Source of the DNA: an uncultured Alphaproteobacteria bacterium
GTDB taxonomy: Bacteria > Pseudomonadota > Alphaproteobacteria > HIMB59 > GCA-002718135
Length of the DNA: 64,000 bases
Assembly (NCBI GenBank): GCA_902612825.1
Contig: CACMET010000003.1
Span: 50,536-114,535 of the forward strand
Direction: 5' to 3'
In this document: positions 29,714-38,914 of the stretch, piece by piece
Position numbering within the stretch: position 1 is the first letter of the stretch
Layout: the number at the start of each line of letters is the position of its first letter
Position numbers and translations under genes: made by a program
The notes under the pieces: generated by a model
What the model was told of the DNA's origin: nothing
Seen by the model: only the letters and a program-made list of their open reading frames with translations
The model's database searches: none

Positions 29714-30439
29714 ATGGAACAATTACCCCAGATTTCAGCTGATTCCCAGATCTTTGTATTAACGGGTGCTGGTATAAGTAAAGAGTCTGGGATTGAGACA
29801 TTCAGAGACTCTGATGGACTCTGGAATAATCATAGGATTGAGGATGTTGCCAGTCCTGAAGGATTCTATAGAAACCCTACTCTTGTATACGATTTTTATA
29901 ATAAACGCCGAAAGGAACTAAACTCAGGAATTAAGCCAAATAAGGCCCATTTTTTACTGCATGAATTAGAAAAAACATATAAAATTCATATAGTTACACA
30001 AAATATCGATAATTTACATGAGATTGGTGGCTCATCATCAATTATTCACATGCATGGTGAGTTAAATAAAGCGAGATGTATCATTAATGAAAACCATGTG
30101 TTTGAATGGCTAGAGGACCTAAATGAGACCCATAAATGCCCTAAATGTAACGCTCAATTAAGACCTCATATTGTTTGGTTTGGAGAAATGCCTATGCAAA
30201 TGGATGAAATTCATGATTTAGCTCAACAATCTAGTCTGTTTGTTTCTATAGGTACTTCAGGACAGGTCTACCCTGCTGCAGGTTTCGTTTCGATGTTTAG
30301 AGATATGCGCAAACCAACAATTGAATTAAATCTGCAGCCATCAAGTAATCAAGATCAATTTGATTTTGCTATTCATAAACCTGCTACAGTTGCTGTTGAA
30401 GAATTTAAAAATCTACTTTTAAGCAGTTTAAAAAATTAA
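29714..30439 (+). CDS. cobB: NAD-dependent protein deacylase, Sir2 family (CobB)
   Basis: GAGISKESGIETFR, catalytic HMHGEL, Zn-ribbon cysteines (ARC ... CPKC), and a VYDFYNKRR Tyr/Arg pair as in class III sirtuins. An alternative GTG start is at 29705. Confidence 0.85.
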   Translation: MEQLPQISADSQIFVLTGAGISKESGIETFRDSDGLWNNHRIEDVASPEGFYRNPTLVYDFYNKRRKELNSGIKPNKAHFLLHELEKTYKIHIVTQNIDNLHEIGGSSSIIHMHGELNKARCIINENHVFEWLEDLNETHKCPKCNAQLRPHIVWFGEMPMQMDEIHDLAQQSSLFVSIGTSGQVYPAAGFVSMFRDMRKPTIELNLQPSSNQDQFDFAIHKPATVAVEEFKNLLLSSLKN

Positions 30440-30705
30440 TTTATTCACGTTATTAAATTTTTTTAAACAAAAAATTTTTTCTAGAACTTTTTTTATAAAG
30501 AATCATTAGCATTAATGTTTTTATGACAAGAAAACGTCCTGATTACACTGAAGCACGTAAATATTATATCAAAGGAGAGGGAAATACTTAAATTCAAATG
30601 ATTTAAGTAAATGGAATAATTTAAATTTTTAATATTTTAATTTGATCTTAATATTACCTTAATCATTTCTCATTTTTATCAAAATTTATTTTTATAGAAG
30701 TTTTA

Positions 30706-31455
30706 GTGGCACCAGTTATCAAAAGAATTATAATTTTTCTATTCTCCCTCCTTATTATTGTTCTCCTTCTAGCTGGTGCTGCTAAAGGTGATCAATTATT
30801 AAGTTCCAAAGAATTTATTAAAAAAGAACTTCCCCTTGATCAAGGGAATGACAAACTCATTATTACTGAAGCACAAGAATATCCTAAAAGAACATTTTAT
30901 TTTGATCCTTTAGTTGTTTTTGATGAGCAAGATGAGGTAAGTTTATGTGGGTATGAACTTACTACAGTTGATTTTACTGGAACAAGGATCGTTGTAAGCC
31001 TTTACGCAGCTCTTTTTGATGATGCACCAGCAATTATCAATTACGTAAGATTAGAAACGTTACAATTAACACCTTTTGATAAAGAATTATCCTTTAGTGA
31101 TATGAAAAAATTAGAACTCTACCCCTACACAATGGAAATTATAAAAAATAATACTTTATTTGAATCTCTTGAAAGAAATAATTCCAAAGCAAGTGCTATT
31201 ATTCATGAATCATCCAATAATTATGTCTTAAATAAAGGTAAAATCTTAAAAGAATTTTATATGGGTGGATACGACTTACATGTAGAGTTTATTAGAGGAT
31301 ACCCTGTTCACATCCCTATTCCGCAAAATATTAAATTTTTAAATGCTAAAATTGATCTCATTGACCACTGTCTTATAGAATTAAGAAAGAATGAGAAAAA
31401 AACTAAGATACCTGAAGAAAACTTTTTGAAAGAAGCATCTTATAGAATTCAATAA
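30706..31455 (+). CDS. Membrane-anchored protein, unknown function
   Basis: 249 aa, GTG start, a single N-terminal TM (IIIFLFSLLIIVLLLAGAA). Confidence 0.45.
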   Translation: MAPVIKRIIIFLFSLLIIVLLLAGAAKGDQLLSSKEFIKKELPLDQGNDKLIITEAQEYPKRTFYFDPLVVFDEQDEVSLCGYELTTVDFTGTRIVVSLYAALFDDAPAIINYVRLETLQLTPFDKELSFSDMKKLELYPYTMEIIKNNTLFESLERNNSKASAIIHESSNNYVLNKGKILKEFYMGGYDLHVEFIRGYPVHIPIPQNIKFLNAKIDLIDHCLIELRKNEKKTKIPEENFLKEASYRIQ

Positions 31456-31495
31456 ATCTATTTAAAACATAATTAAAAACTATTATTATTAAATT

Positions 31496-31885
31496 ATGTC
31501 TAACCCTTTTATTTTAATAGCTAGAATACGTGTAAAAGAAGGTAAGGTTGAAGAATATCTCAAGATAGCAAAAGAAGCTGATGACGCCGTTAATGCATCA
31601 GAACCAGATATGCTCATTCATACCTTTGATCAAGATCCAACAGATCCATTAGAATTTACTTGGAGTGAAGTCTACCGTACAAGTGAGGCAATGGTTCATC
31701 ACATTAATAATCCTCCTGTTGTAGCTTATGTAGAAAAACATCAAGAAATAGCAGATAAATTTGAAATAGAAGTTTATGGTAATATTACTAATGAAACAAT
31801 CAAAGCAATTGAAGCTTTAAATGTACCTTTCAAGCACTTTAAAACAACAGAAGTTGGTTACATAAGAAAAGAAAAATTTATTTAA
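31496..31885 (+). CDS. ABM-like (dimeric alpha+beta barrel) protein
   Basis: 129 aa; FILIARIRVKEGKVEEYL is typical of antibiotic-biosynthesis-monooxygenase-like domains. Confidence 0.55.
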   Translation: MSNPFILIARIRVKEGKVEEYLKIAKEADDAVNASEPDMLIHTFDQDPTDPLEFTWSEVYRTSEAMVHHINNPPVVAYVEKHQEIADKFEIEVYGNITNETIKAIEALNVPFKHFKTTEVGYIRKEKFI

Positions 31886-31897
31886 TTTAATGAAAAA

Positions 31898-31919
31898 AAG
31901 CACTCTAGTTTGAGTGCTT
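31898..31919. terminator. Bidirectional terminator hairpin
   Basis: AAGCACTC-TAGTTT-GAGTGCTT flanked by an A-run and TT, between convergent genes. Confidence 0.6.
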
Positions 31920-31925
31920 CTTAAA

Positions 31926-32243
31926 TTAAGAAGTGGGAGGAGAAAAATCTACTTTATTTCCCATTTCTCTTACTTTGTTTAAATTAACTGACTCTAAAGT
32001 TACTGCTTCAACAAGAGTGCCTGCTGCTTTTGCTTTTAAAGCACATGCAGCCATACTTTCAAATGACTCTGCCTCAGCTATCATGACAAAATCATACTGA
32101 CCTCTTGTTATATGATAATCAATTAATTTACCTCCAACACTGCTAACCATTTTTTCCATAGCTGCTTTTCTGTCTGAGTCTCCATTAATGATACCATCTG
32201 CACCTTTTTGGGAATAAATACCAAGTGATACAAAAATTGACAT
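31926..32243 (-). CDS. GYD domain protein
   Basis: 105 aa with RGQYDFVMIAEA (GYD signature); strong SD AAAGGAGGA. Confidence 0.7.
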   Translation of the reverse strand: MSIFVSLGIYSQKGADGIINGDSDRKAAMEKMVSSVGGKLIDYHITRGQYDFVMIAEAESFESMAACALKAKAAGTLVEAVTLESVNLNKVREMGNKVDFSPPTS

Positions 32244-32476
32244 TTAACATCCTCCTTTCAATTTAATTATAAATTAATATAGAATTTTTTATTAAAAATT
32301 TATCAAGATCAACAACCTTTTTATTAATAAAACTAAAAGGTTTGAATAACTATTCGTCAATATTTATTATTTTTTATTAATAATATTTTTTGCTTAACTT
32401 AATTATTATTCAATAATAGAATATTCATAAAATTGTAAAATTTGATTTTTAAATTTTAAAAAACAAAAGGAGATTT

Positions 32477-32797
32477 ATGTTATTTGAAAAATTACAAAAA
32501 GCATTTGAAGAAAAAGATGCAAAAGCTCACAGAGCTCTTTTCCATGAAGACCATGAATTTATTAGTCACAAGCAAAATAAAGTTTTTAAAAAAAGTGAAG
32601 GAAGTGAAGAACAAACATTAGAAATGTTCAATAATATAACTCAAGATAAAGTTCGTTGTATTTATGAAAATGATGAAATTTTAGTCACACATCGTTTTAA
32701 TACTTATGCATCTGGAGACAAAGAAGCTTTAATGATGGTTGCATTAAAAAAAGATGGATTAATTTGGAGAACAGAGACTGGTGCTACAGAAATGTAA
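32477..32797 (+). CDS. Small soluble protein, unknown function
   Basis: 106 aa with SD AAAGGAG; no confident family. Confidence 0.45.
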   Translation: MLFEKLQKAFEEKDAKAHRALFHEDHEFISHKQNKVFKKSEGSEEQTLEMFNNITQDKVRCIYENDEILVTHRFNTYASGDKEALMMVALKKDGLIWRTETGATEM

Positions 32798-32822
32798 ATA
32801 AACTTATTTTTAAGGAGGAACT

Positions 32823-33092
32823 ATGAAAATTATTATGAATGTTAAATTAAAAGAAGGCTATGAAAAATGGAAAAATCTTTTTCTTAGTGTCGATACGCAT
32901 AGAGAAAAATATGGAATAAAAGTTTTAGCATATGGTCATCCCAAAGATGATGAAAATAAAATTTATCAAGTATTAGAGATTGAATCGATGGAAAAAATGC
33001 AAGAAGCTATGAAAGATCCAGAATTAGCAAAACTGAGAACCGATGCTGGTGTTGATCTAGACAGCCAAGAATTAGTTTTCTTAGTCGAGTAG
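32823..33092 (+). CDS. Small alpha+beta protein, unknown function
   Basis: 89 aa with strong SD AAGGAGG. Confidence 0.5.
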   Translation: MKIIMNVKLKEGYEKWKNLFLSVDTHREKYGIKVLAYGHPKDDENKIYQVLEIESMEKMQEAMKDPELAKLRTDAGVDLDSQELVFLVE

Positions 33093-33176
33093 ATTAAAAA
33101 CAAATCTTACACTATATTATTATGGGGTATAAAGCCCTCTCCACTGAGGGAGTTTTGCCCCACTTATTAAATTATA

Positions 33177-34112
33177 TTAAGTTCTAAGCGTAGTTTCAGC
33201 CACAACTAATTCTTCACGTTTATTTTCTCTAAATACAACAAAGATACCGCTTGCAATAATAAGAAAAATTCCAATAAATGAATTTATATCAGGTATTTCT
33301 GAAAAAATTATGATGCCTATAATTATAGCAAAGATAAGATGTACGTACTCTGCTATACTGTTTACTAACGGTGAGCCAACTCTGTAGGCTGCAATCAAAC
33401 AAAATATTCCAATACACCCAGTTGTAGAAATAAATAGAATTAATCCAATTGTTTGCACATCATTTAGTACCCATGGATTACTGAGAATTGAAAAAATTGA
33501 TAAGTTTAAATCCGAATTATGTAGCAAAATACTAATCGCACTGCCTCCAATAAAAGCACCTATATAAATGTGAGAGGTTTGCTGAAATAAATTATCGTTT
33601 TTTGAAGTTTTTTTCGCCAAGGTCATTGATAATGCATATGTAGCAGCTGCAATAATTGGAAATAGCATATAAATATTTATGTCATTAAATTCTGGTTTGA
33701 TAATTAAAAGTGTTCCAGAAAAGCCAACAAAAATTGAGAAGATCCTATTTAACCCAATTTTAATATTCAAAATAAAATAAGAATAAATTGTTATAAAAAA
33801 TGGACTAACAAAATATAAACTTGTTGCTTCAGCTAAAGTAATTTGACTTAACGAAATAAAGAACAGTGTAAAACCAAAAAAGAATGTTGAGGCTCTAAAA
33901 ATAGCAATATAAGGATGTGCTGTACCAAAATAAATTGGCTGTTTTGAATATATAAAATATATACATAACAATATAAGACCTATCCCACTTCTGAATACAA
34001 GAATTTGCATGAGAGAGGCATCTTGAATAATATATTTAATTAAAACGTCCTGCGTAATCATAAATAACATCCCGATAATAATTAAAATCAGGCCTTTTAT
34101 ATTATTATTCAT
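33177..34112 (-). CDS. DMT superfamily (EamA) transporter
   Basis: 311 aa, 10 TM. Confidence 0.85.
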   Translation of the reverse strand: MNNNIKGLILIIIGMLFMITQDVLIKYIIQDASLMQILVFRSGIGLILLCIYFIYSKQPIYFGTAHPYIAIFRASTFFFGFTLFFISLSQITLAEATSLYFVSPFFITIYSYFILNIKIGLNRIFSIFVGFSGTLLIIKPEFNDINIYMLFPIIAAATYALSMTLAKKTSKNDNLFQQTSHIYIGAFIGGSAISILLHNSDLNLSIFSILSNPWVLNDVQTIGLILFISTTGCIGIFCLIAAYRVGSPLVNSIAEYVHLIFAIIIGIIIFSEIPDINSFIGIFLIIASGIFVVFRENKREELVVAETTLRT

Positions 34113-34175
34113 TAAATTATCCTTATTGTAATTTAGGTATTAGTTTAGAAAAAAAAATAATATATAATTATTTCA

Positions 34176-35195
34176 ATGATTTTTTATTTAGTAACACCGC
34201 TAATTTTGATTTTTGCTAGTTCTTTAGGATTAATCATTAATCCCTCTTGGTCAATTTCACCTTTTATTTGGGTTTTCGTATTAGTTCCAATTATTGACCT
34301 TGTATTACCTTACTTAAGTAAAGATGATGTTGAGCTTGATGAAAGTGTGTTTCACAATTTTTCTATTTTAATCGTGCTTCCCTGTATTTTATTTTTAATT
34401 ATATTTGGCTTAATCGTTGTTTCTGATTCTAGTATTACTTTATTAACTGCTGCTGCCTTAGGAGCAGCTGTTGGCATGTCTGGTGGCTCAATAGGAATTA
34501 CTACAGCTCATGAACTTATTCATCGAAAAAATAAATTTATGCGAGGTATTGGAGTATTGCTTCTAGTTTTATGTTGTTATGGACATTTTCGTATTGAACA
34601 TATTTATGGTCATCATTTAAATGTAGCTACTAAAGAAGATCCTGCTACAGCTAGAAGAGGTGAAAATTTTTATTTTTATTTTATTCGCTGTGTAATCAAT
34701 AGTGTGATTTCATCATGGAATATTGAAAAAAATATTCTTTATAGAAAAAATCAAAATACCTTCAGTTTTAAAAATAGAATGATACATTACTTTGCATTAG
34801 AATTTTTATTTTTAGTATTTGCATATTTAATCGCTGGCATGAACGGTTTAGTTTTTGTTATCTTTCATTCTTTTGTCTCAATAATCTTATTGGAGTTAGT
34901 AAATTATATTCAACATTATGGTTTAGAAAGAAAAAAAGAAAATGGAAGATACGAAAGATTTACAGATCTTCATTCTTGGAACAGTCGTCACATCTCTGCA
35001 AATTGGTCGACATTTAATTTAGGTCTTCATGCAGAACATCATCAAAGTGCTTCAAAGCCCTATCCTCTTTTATCTCAAGAAGAAAAAGCAATAGAGATGC
35101 CTGCTAACTATTCCGTCATGCTAATTATGGCATTAATACCTCCATTGTGGTTTTTTGTTATGGATAGAAAAATTGATAATTTAAAAACTATTTAA
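34176..35195 (+). CDS. AlkB-like membrane di-iron alkane 1-monooxygenase / fatty-acid-desaturase family
   Basis: His boxes HELIHR, EHIYGHH, NYIQHYGL and LHAEHHQ, in the same order as AlkB. Confidence 0.8.
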   Translation: MIFYLVTPLILIFASSLGLIINPSWSISPFIWVFVLVPIIDLVLPYLSKDDVELDESVFHNFSILIVLPCILFLIIFGLIVVSDSSITLLTAAALGAAVGMSGGSIGITTAHELIHRKNKFMRGIGVLLLVLCCYGHFRIEHIYGHHLNVATKEDPATARRGENFYFYFIRCVINSVISSWNIEKNILYRKNQNTFSFKNRMIHYFALEFLFLVFAYLIAGMNGLVFVIFHSFVSIILLELVNYIQHYGLERKKENGRYERFTDLHSWNSRHISANWSTFNLGLHAEHHQSASKPYPLLSQEEKAIEMPANYSVMLIMALIPPLWFFVMDRKIDNLKTI

Positions 35196-35201
35196 ACAAC
35201 T

Positions 35202-35885
35202 ATGATAGATTTTTTTTCTAAGTTAAAAGATAATCGTATATTTCAATTTTCTGTTGTTGTTATAATTATATTAAATGCCATTCTTATTGGTGCTACAACA
35301 TATCAATTAGACCCTATATTTTTAAATACTATTCATTTACTTGATTATACAATTACTGTTTTTTTTGTTATTGAAATTTTAATTCGTTTTATTGGCGAAA
35401 AAGAAAAGAAAAATTTTCTAAAAGATGGCTGGAATGTTTTTGATACAATAATTGTAGCAATTTCACTTATCCCAATTCCAAATAATTCAAGTTTCTTAGT
35501 CTTACGTCTTCTTCGTATATTTAGAGTACTAAGATTAATTTCTGTAATACCTGAATTAAAAAAAATTATAGAAGCTATTCTTGCATCTATAAAAAGAGTA
35601 TTTTTTGTCAGCCTACTTCTATTTATTATTCTCTATATTTATGCAACAATGGGTTCAATTTTATTTGGAGAAAATGATCCAGAACGATGGGCCGATCTAG
35701 GAATATCGTTAATTACACTTTTTCAAGTTTTAACATTATCTAGTTGGGAAAATGTTATGCTACCTATGCAAGCTATTTATTGGTGGGCTTGGATTTATTT
35801 CTTTAGTTTTATTTCAATTTGCTCAATCACAATATTGAATTTGGTGATTGCTATCCTTGTTGATGTTGTAAATCACCAAAAATAA
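35202..35885 (+). CDS. NaChBac-family voltage-gated cation channel, NavRh-type
   Basis: S4 VLRLLRIFRVLRLISV; pore FQVLTLSSWENV with T178-L-S-S-W-E183. The protein ends about 10 aa after S6. Confidence 0.85.
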   Translation: MIDFFSKLKDNRIFQFSVVVIIILNAILIGATTYQLDPIFLNTIHLLDYTITVFFVIEILIRFIGEKEKKNFLKDGWNVFDTIIVAISLIPIPNNSSFLVLRLLRIFRVLRLISVIPELKKIIEAILASIKRVFFVSLLLFIILYIYATMGSILFGENDPERWADLGISLITLFQVLTLSSWENVMLPMQAIYWWAWIYFFSFISICSITILNLVIAILVDVVNHQK

Positions 35886-36027
35886 CCTGTAAAAATTACA
35901 TAAATATTCAAATATCATGCCTTTTATGCTATTTATTAATTATTAAAGCAGTTGAAGCAACCTGCTCAATCAAAACTCCTGCAGTAGTGATAATTCACCT
36001 GCATTACCAAAACTATTGGGAGGTATA

Positions 36028-36480
36028 ATGTTTGATAAAAAAGAAGATAATACAAGTTCAACACCTGATGTGTTTAGACCTGCAAAGGGATCTGCAAAAG
36101 TTGTCATTGGTCAAGGTGTAGTTATTAATGGTGAAATTAAAAAAGCTGATGAAGTTCAGATTGATGGTGAAGCTGATGTTACGATGAAAACAGATAATTT
36201 AGTTGTTGGCGTTACTGGTGATTGCAAAGGTGATATTGAAACTCATAATGCTGACATTTGGGGTGCTTTTGATGGTGATATTAAAGCATCTGGTACGCTT
36301 ACAATTCAAGAACAAGGGAAAGTATCAGGCAAAATTGAGTATCAAAATTTACAAATTAAACTTGGTGGTCAAATAAGTGGTGATATTAAACTTTCTGAAA
36401 AAATTCAATCAATTAAAAAAGATACAAAACCAGTAGAAGATAATAATATTTCTTTACAAGAATCTGTGAAAAAAGATTAA
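36028..36480 (+). CDS. Bactofilin
   Basis: Beta-helical repeat pattern (VVIGQGVVINGEI ... VGVTGDCKGDI ... GKVSGKIEYQNLQIKLGGQISGDI). I prefer the ATG at 36028, preceded by GGGAGG, over the TTG at 36016. Confidence 0.85.
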   Translation: MFDKKEDNTSSTPDVFRPAKGSAKVVIGQGVVINGEIKKADEVQIDGEADVTMKTDNLVVGVTGDCKGDIETHNADIWGAFDGDIKASGTLTIQEQGKVSGKIEYQNLQIKLGGQISGDIKLSEKIQSIKKDTKPVEDNNISLQESVKKD

Positions 36481-36490
36481 TGATTGGAAT

Positions 36491-36895
36491 ATGAAAGAAA
36501 CATTATTTAAACCATTACACTGGATTATGTTAATTCTCTTATCACTTGATTTTATCGATACTACATATCGTATTACATATGGTTATTTTTCTGGCCAAGG
36601 TGTAGAACCTCCAATTGGAGATTTTAATGTACAAATATCAACATTAGATTTCATTGTAAGTTTTATCTTTCAATTGGCAATCGCTTACACAATTTATATG
36701 TTATACAGTATGAAAAGAAGTGGTGGATATTATTTGGTAGGTTTAAATATTCTTTTCGTAATTTATGGATTTGTTATAGGTCCGTTTAGTACAGTACCAG
36801 CTGGAGAAGTTTTACCTCTTATTGCCGGCTTTATGGTTTTTTATATTATTTTAGTTATTGGTATACCTTACTTGTATTCTGATAAATATGATTGA
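36491..36895 (+). CDS. 4-TM membrane protein, unknown function
   Basis: 134 aa, hydrophobic; 10 nt after the bactofilin stop. Confidence 0.5.
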   Translation: MKETLFKPLHWIMLILLSLDFIDTTYRITYGYFSGQGVEPPIGDFNVQISTLDFIVSFIFQLAIAYTIYMLYSMKRSGGYYLVGLNILFVIYGFVIGPFSTVPAGEVLPLIAGFMVFYIILVIGIPYLYSDKYD

Positions 36896-36896
36896 T

Positions 36897-37214
36897 TTAT
36901 AAAAGTATATCTTTGTATTTTTTTTTAAATTGATTTAATTTTCCTCTAACATCAAAATCTAATCTGTAAGAAGTATAAAAGTCTTGCTTGGTTCCCATAT
37001 TAATTTTAGTCATTCTAACAAATTGTAGATCCATTTCTTCTACTTTATCGACATTTCTTACTAGTAAAGCTAATTTCCATTCTAGTTCCTTACTACGTAA
37101 ATTATTAGGAATGGTATGTTCTTCTGTTTTATTTTTATCATTTAAATTAAATAATTTTGAAATGTTTTGTATCATGATTATTAATAAACTTAGATTTAGT
37201 ATTTTATTATTCAA
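36897..37214 (-). CDS. Hypothetical protein (weak call)
   Basis: 105-aa ORF with no SD and no family. It may not be expressed. Confidence 0.3.
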   Translation of the reverse strand: MNNKILNLSLLIIMIQNISKLFNLNDKNKTEEHTIPNNLRSKELEWKLALLVRNVDKVEEMDLQFVRMTKINMGTKQDFYTSYRLDFDVRGKLNQFKKKYKDILL

Positions 37215-37361
37215 TAGGGTTAATTTTACTAAGATGAACTAACAAATATTAACAGTATTAATATTTTTAATTGAAATGTAATAATTATGTAATATTTAAT
37301 CTATGAACGATTTGACTCTATTGCGGTTTACAAGCAGCTAAAATGAGATACGTATAAATTT

Positions 37362-37400
37362 ATCCTCCCATTAAGAAAAATGGTGAGGATATTTTTTTTT
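37362..37400 (+). terminator. Intrinsic terminator immediately upstream of an SD and start codon (attenuator or sRNA 3' end)
   Basis: ATCCTCCCAT-loop-ATGGTGAGGAT forms 10 bp with one bulge, followed by A+T9. AGGAGA and the ATG at 37412 come next. Confidence 0.6.
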
Positions 37401-37411
37401 AGGAGATAATT

Positions 37412-37669
37412 ATGAATTTATGTGTTGTATCAAAAGGATCTTTTACCAAAGAAGATTACATGGAATTATACAATTTTTTTAAAGATGATATTGCCAAATA
37501 TACAGATGCATTTGATATGGCTTTCGTTAAAGATGGCCATGTAATGATTATGTGTAATGTTACTGATGAAGAAAAATTTTATGCTTTATTTGATGATCCA
37601 AAATCTAAAGAATTTGATTCAAAATTTAATAGTACAGATACAGTCTATTCTTTACAAAAAGTAGAATAG
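37412..37669 (+). CDS. Small soluble protein, unknown function
   Basis: 85 aa with SD AGGAGA. Confidence 0.5.
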   Translation: MNLCVVSKGSFTKEDYMELYNFFKDDIAKYTDAFDMAFVKDGHVMIMCNVTDEEKFYALFDDPKSKEFDSKFNSTDTVYSLQKVE

Positions 37670-38281
37670 TTATAATCCACCTTGAGAAATTAAGAAGTCA
37701 GAAATTTTTTCAATTCCGTTATTATTTTTCATTTCACCAAAAATATAAGGTAAACCATTTCTGGCTTCATTCACATCCTCTTTCATTTGCTCTAAATCAA
37801 CATTAACATATGGAGCAAGGTCAACTTTATTAATTATGAGTAAATCAGACTTTCTAATTGCTGGTGCTTTTTTTCTCGGTATGTCGGCACCTTGAGCCAC
37901 ATCTATCATATAAATTGTTAAATCAACTAACTCTGGACTAAAAGTTGCTGCTAAATTATCACCACCTGACTCAATAAGGATTAACTCTAAATCTGGAAAT
38001 TTTTTTTTCATTTCATCAACTGCAAGTAAATTGATACTACAATCTTCTCTTATAGCAGTATGTGGACATCCCCCAGTTTCAACACCTTTAATTCTCTCTA
38101 TTGGTAGAACTTGTGCTTTCATTAGATATTCGGCATCTTCAGTTGTATAAATATCATTTGAAATAACTGCCATAGAGAATTTTTTAGATAAATAACGACA
38201 TAACGCTTCTGTTAAACTTGTTTTACCAGTCCCTATTCCGCCTCCAATACCAACTTTTAAAGGTCCATTTATATTATTCAC
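37670..38281 (-). CDS. ureG: Urease accessory GTPase UreG
   Basis: P-loop GGIGTGKTS; CPH metal motif ([11 protein letters not shown]); NKVDL. Confidence 0.95.
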   Translation of the reverse strand: MNNINGPLKVGIGGGIGTGKTSLTEALCRYLSKKFSMAVISNDIYTTEDAEYLMKAQVLPIERIKGVETGGCPHTAIREDCSINLLAVDEMKKKFPDLELILIESGGDNLAATFSPELVDLTIYMIDVAQGADIPRKKAPAIRKSDLLIINKVDLAPYVNVDLEQMKEDVNEARNGLPYIFGEMKNNNGIEKISDFLISQGGL

Positions 38282-38913
38282 GTTAAATAAATCCTTGAGT
38301 CTAAATATTCATGCTTAATGGCAAAAATATCACCAATAAAAAAACTTGAACCTATATCTTTAAGAGTCAGCTTATCTGAATGACTTAAAAATTCTTGAAT
38401 TTGATTAATAAAAATAACATTAAGACTCTGTCCATCTTTTTGAGACATTGGGATATGTTTTACACATACATTGATTAAATTAGTAATGAATGATTGTAGA
38501 TAAAACTTAATTAAATCATCAAACTTAATATTAAAATGTAATCCAGCTTTTGTTAAACAATATATAAATGATGTATTTTCAGGTAAAGATAATTCCCAAC
38601 TATCTTTCATGATTTTACGAAAAGAATTTCCCATATCTATCATTTCTATTTGCCTTTCTTTAGAAGAAGCACTTGCTAAGATTAATTGATTAATTTCATC
38701 ACCTTTGTAAATAGACTTAATAAAAATATAGTCATTTCTTAATGTTCCATAAAATAAAAGGGCATTTAAAAATTCTTTAACATCATTATTATTTTTAATT
38801 TTTTTATCATCAATCAGAGCTTCTAAACCATGAGAGTATGCGTAAGAACCTATAGGAAAAGAAGATGAAAACCATACTTGTAGTATTTGATGAGGATCTT
38901 TAAATTTTTTCAT
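38278..38913 (-). CDS. ureF: Urease accessory protein UreF
   Basis: [13 protein letters not shown] motif. I chose the start at 38913 (MKKFKDPHQ), just after the ureE stop, rather than the track start at 38979. Confidence 0.85.
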   Translation of the reverse strand: MKKFKDPHQILQVWFSSSFPIGSYAYSHGLEALIDDKKIKNNNDVKEFLNALLFYGTLRNDYIFIKSIYKGDEINQLILASASSKERQIEMIDMGNSFRKIMKDSWELSLPENTSFIYCLTKAGLHFNIKFDDLIKFYLQSFITNLINVCVKHIPMSQKDGQSLNVIFINQIQEFLSHSDKLTLKDIGSSFFIGDIFAIKHEYLDSRIYLT

Positions 38914-38914
38914 T

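Noticed and set aside
29705-30439. Sir2-domain gene next to an integrase as a possible SIR2-type anti-phage defence gene
   Set aside because: The protein is a compact 244-aa canonical CobB. It has the Zn ribbon, the catalytic His and the class III Tyr/Arg pair. It has no fused effector or sensor domain and no partner gene (HerA, pAgo, TIR, etc.).
30523-30591. 22-codon ORF (MTRKRPDYTEARKYYIKGEGNT) followed by an 8-bp hairpin in the 266-nt gap after cobB
   Set aside because: It has no SD and is too short to assess. It could be a gene remnant, so it is noted only as an unexplained gap.
33124-33162. GC-containing nested stem (TGGGG...CCCTC-TCCACT-GAGGG...CCCCA) after 32823..33092 as a structured ncRNA
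   Set aside because: It is most simply a bidirectional terminator between convergent genes. The pairing is imperfect and I could not support anything more.
37305-37313. TGAACGAT (the reverse complement contains UCGUUCA) as a third glutamine aptamer
   Set aside because: The other conserved blocks (CGGAAGUA, GAAGGAACG) are absent on the minus strand downstream of it.
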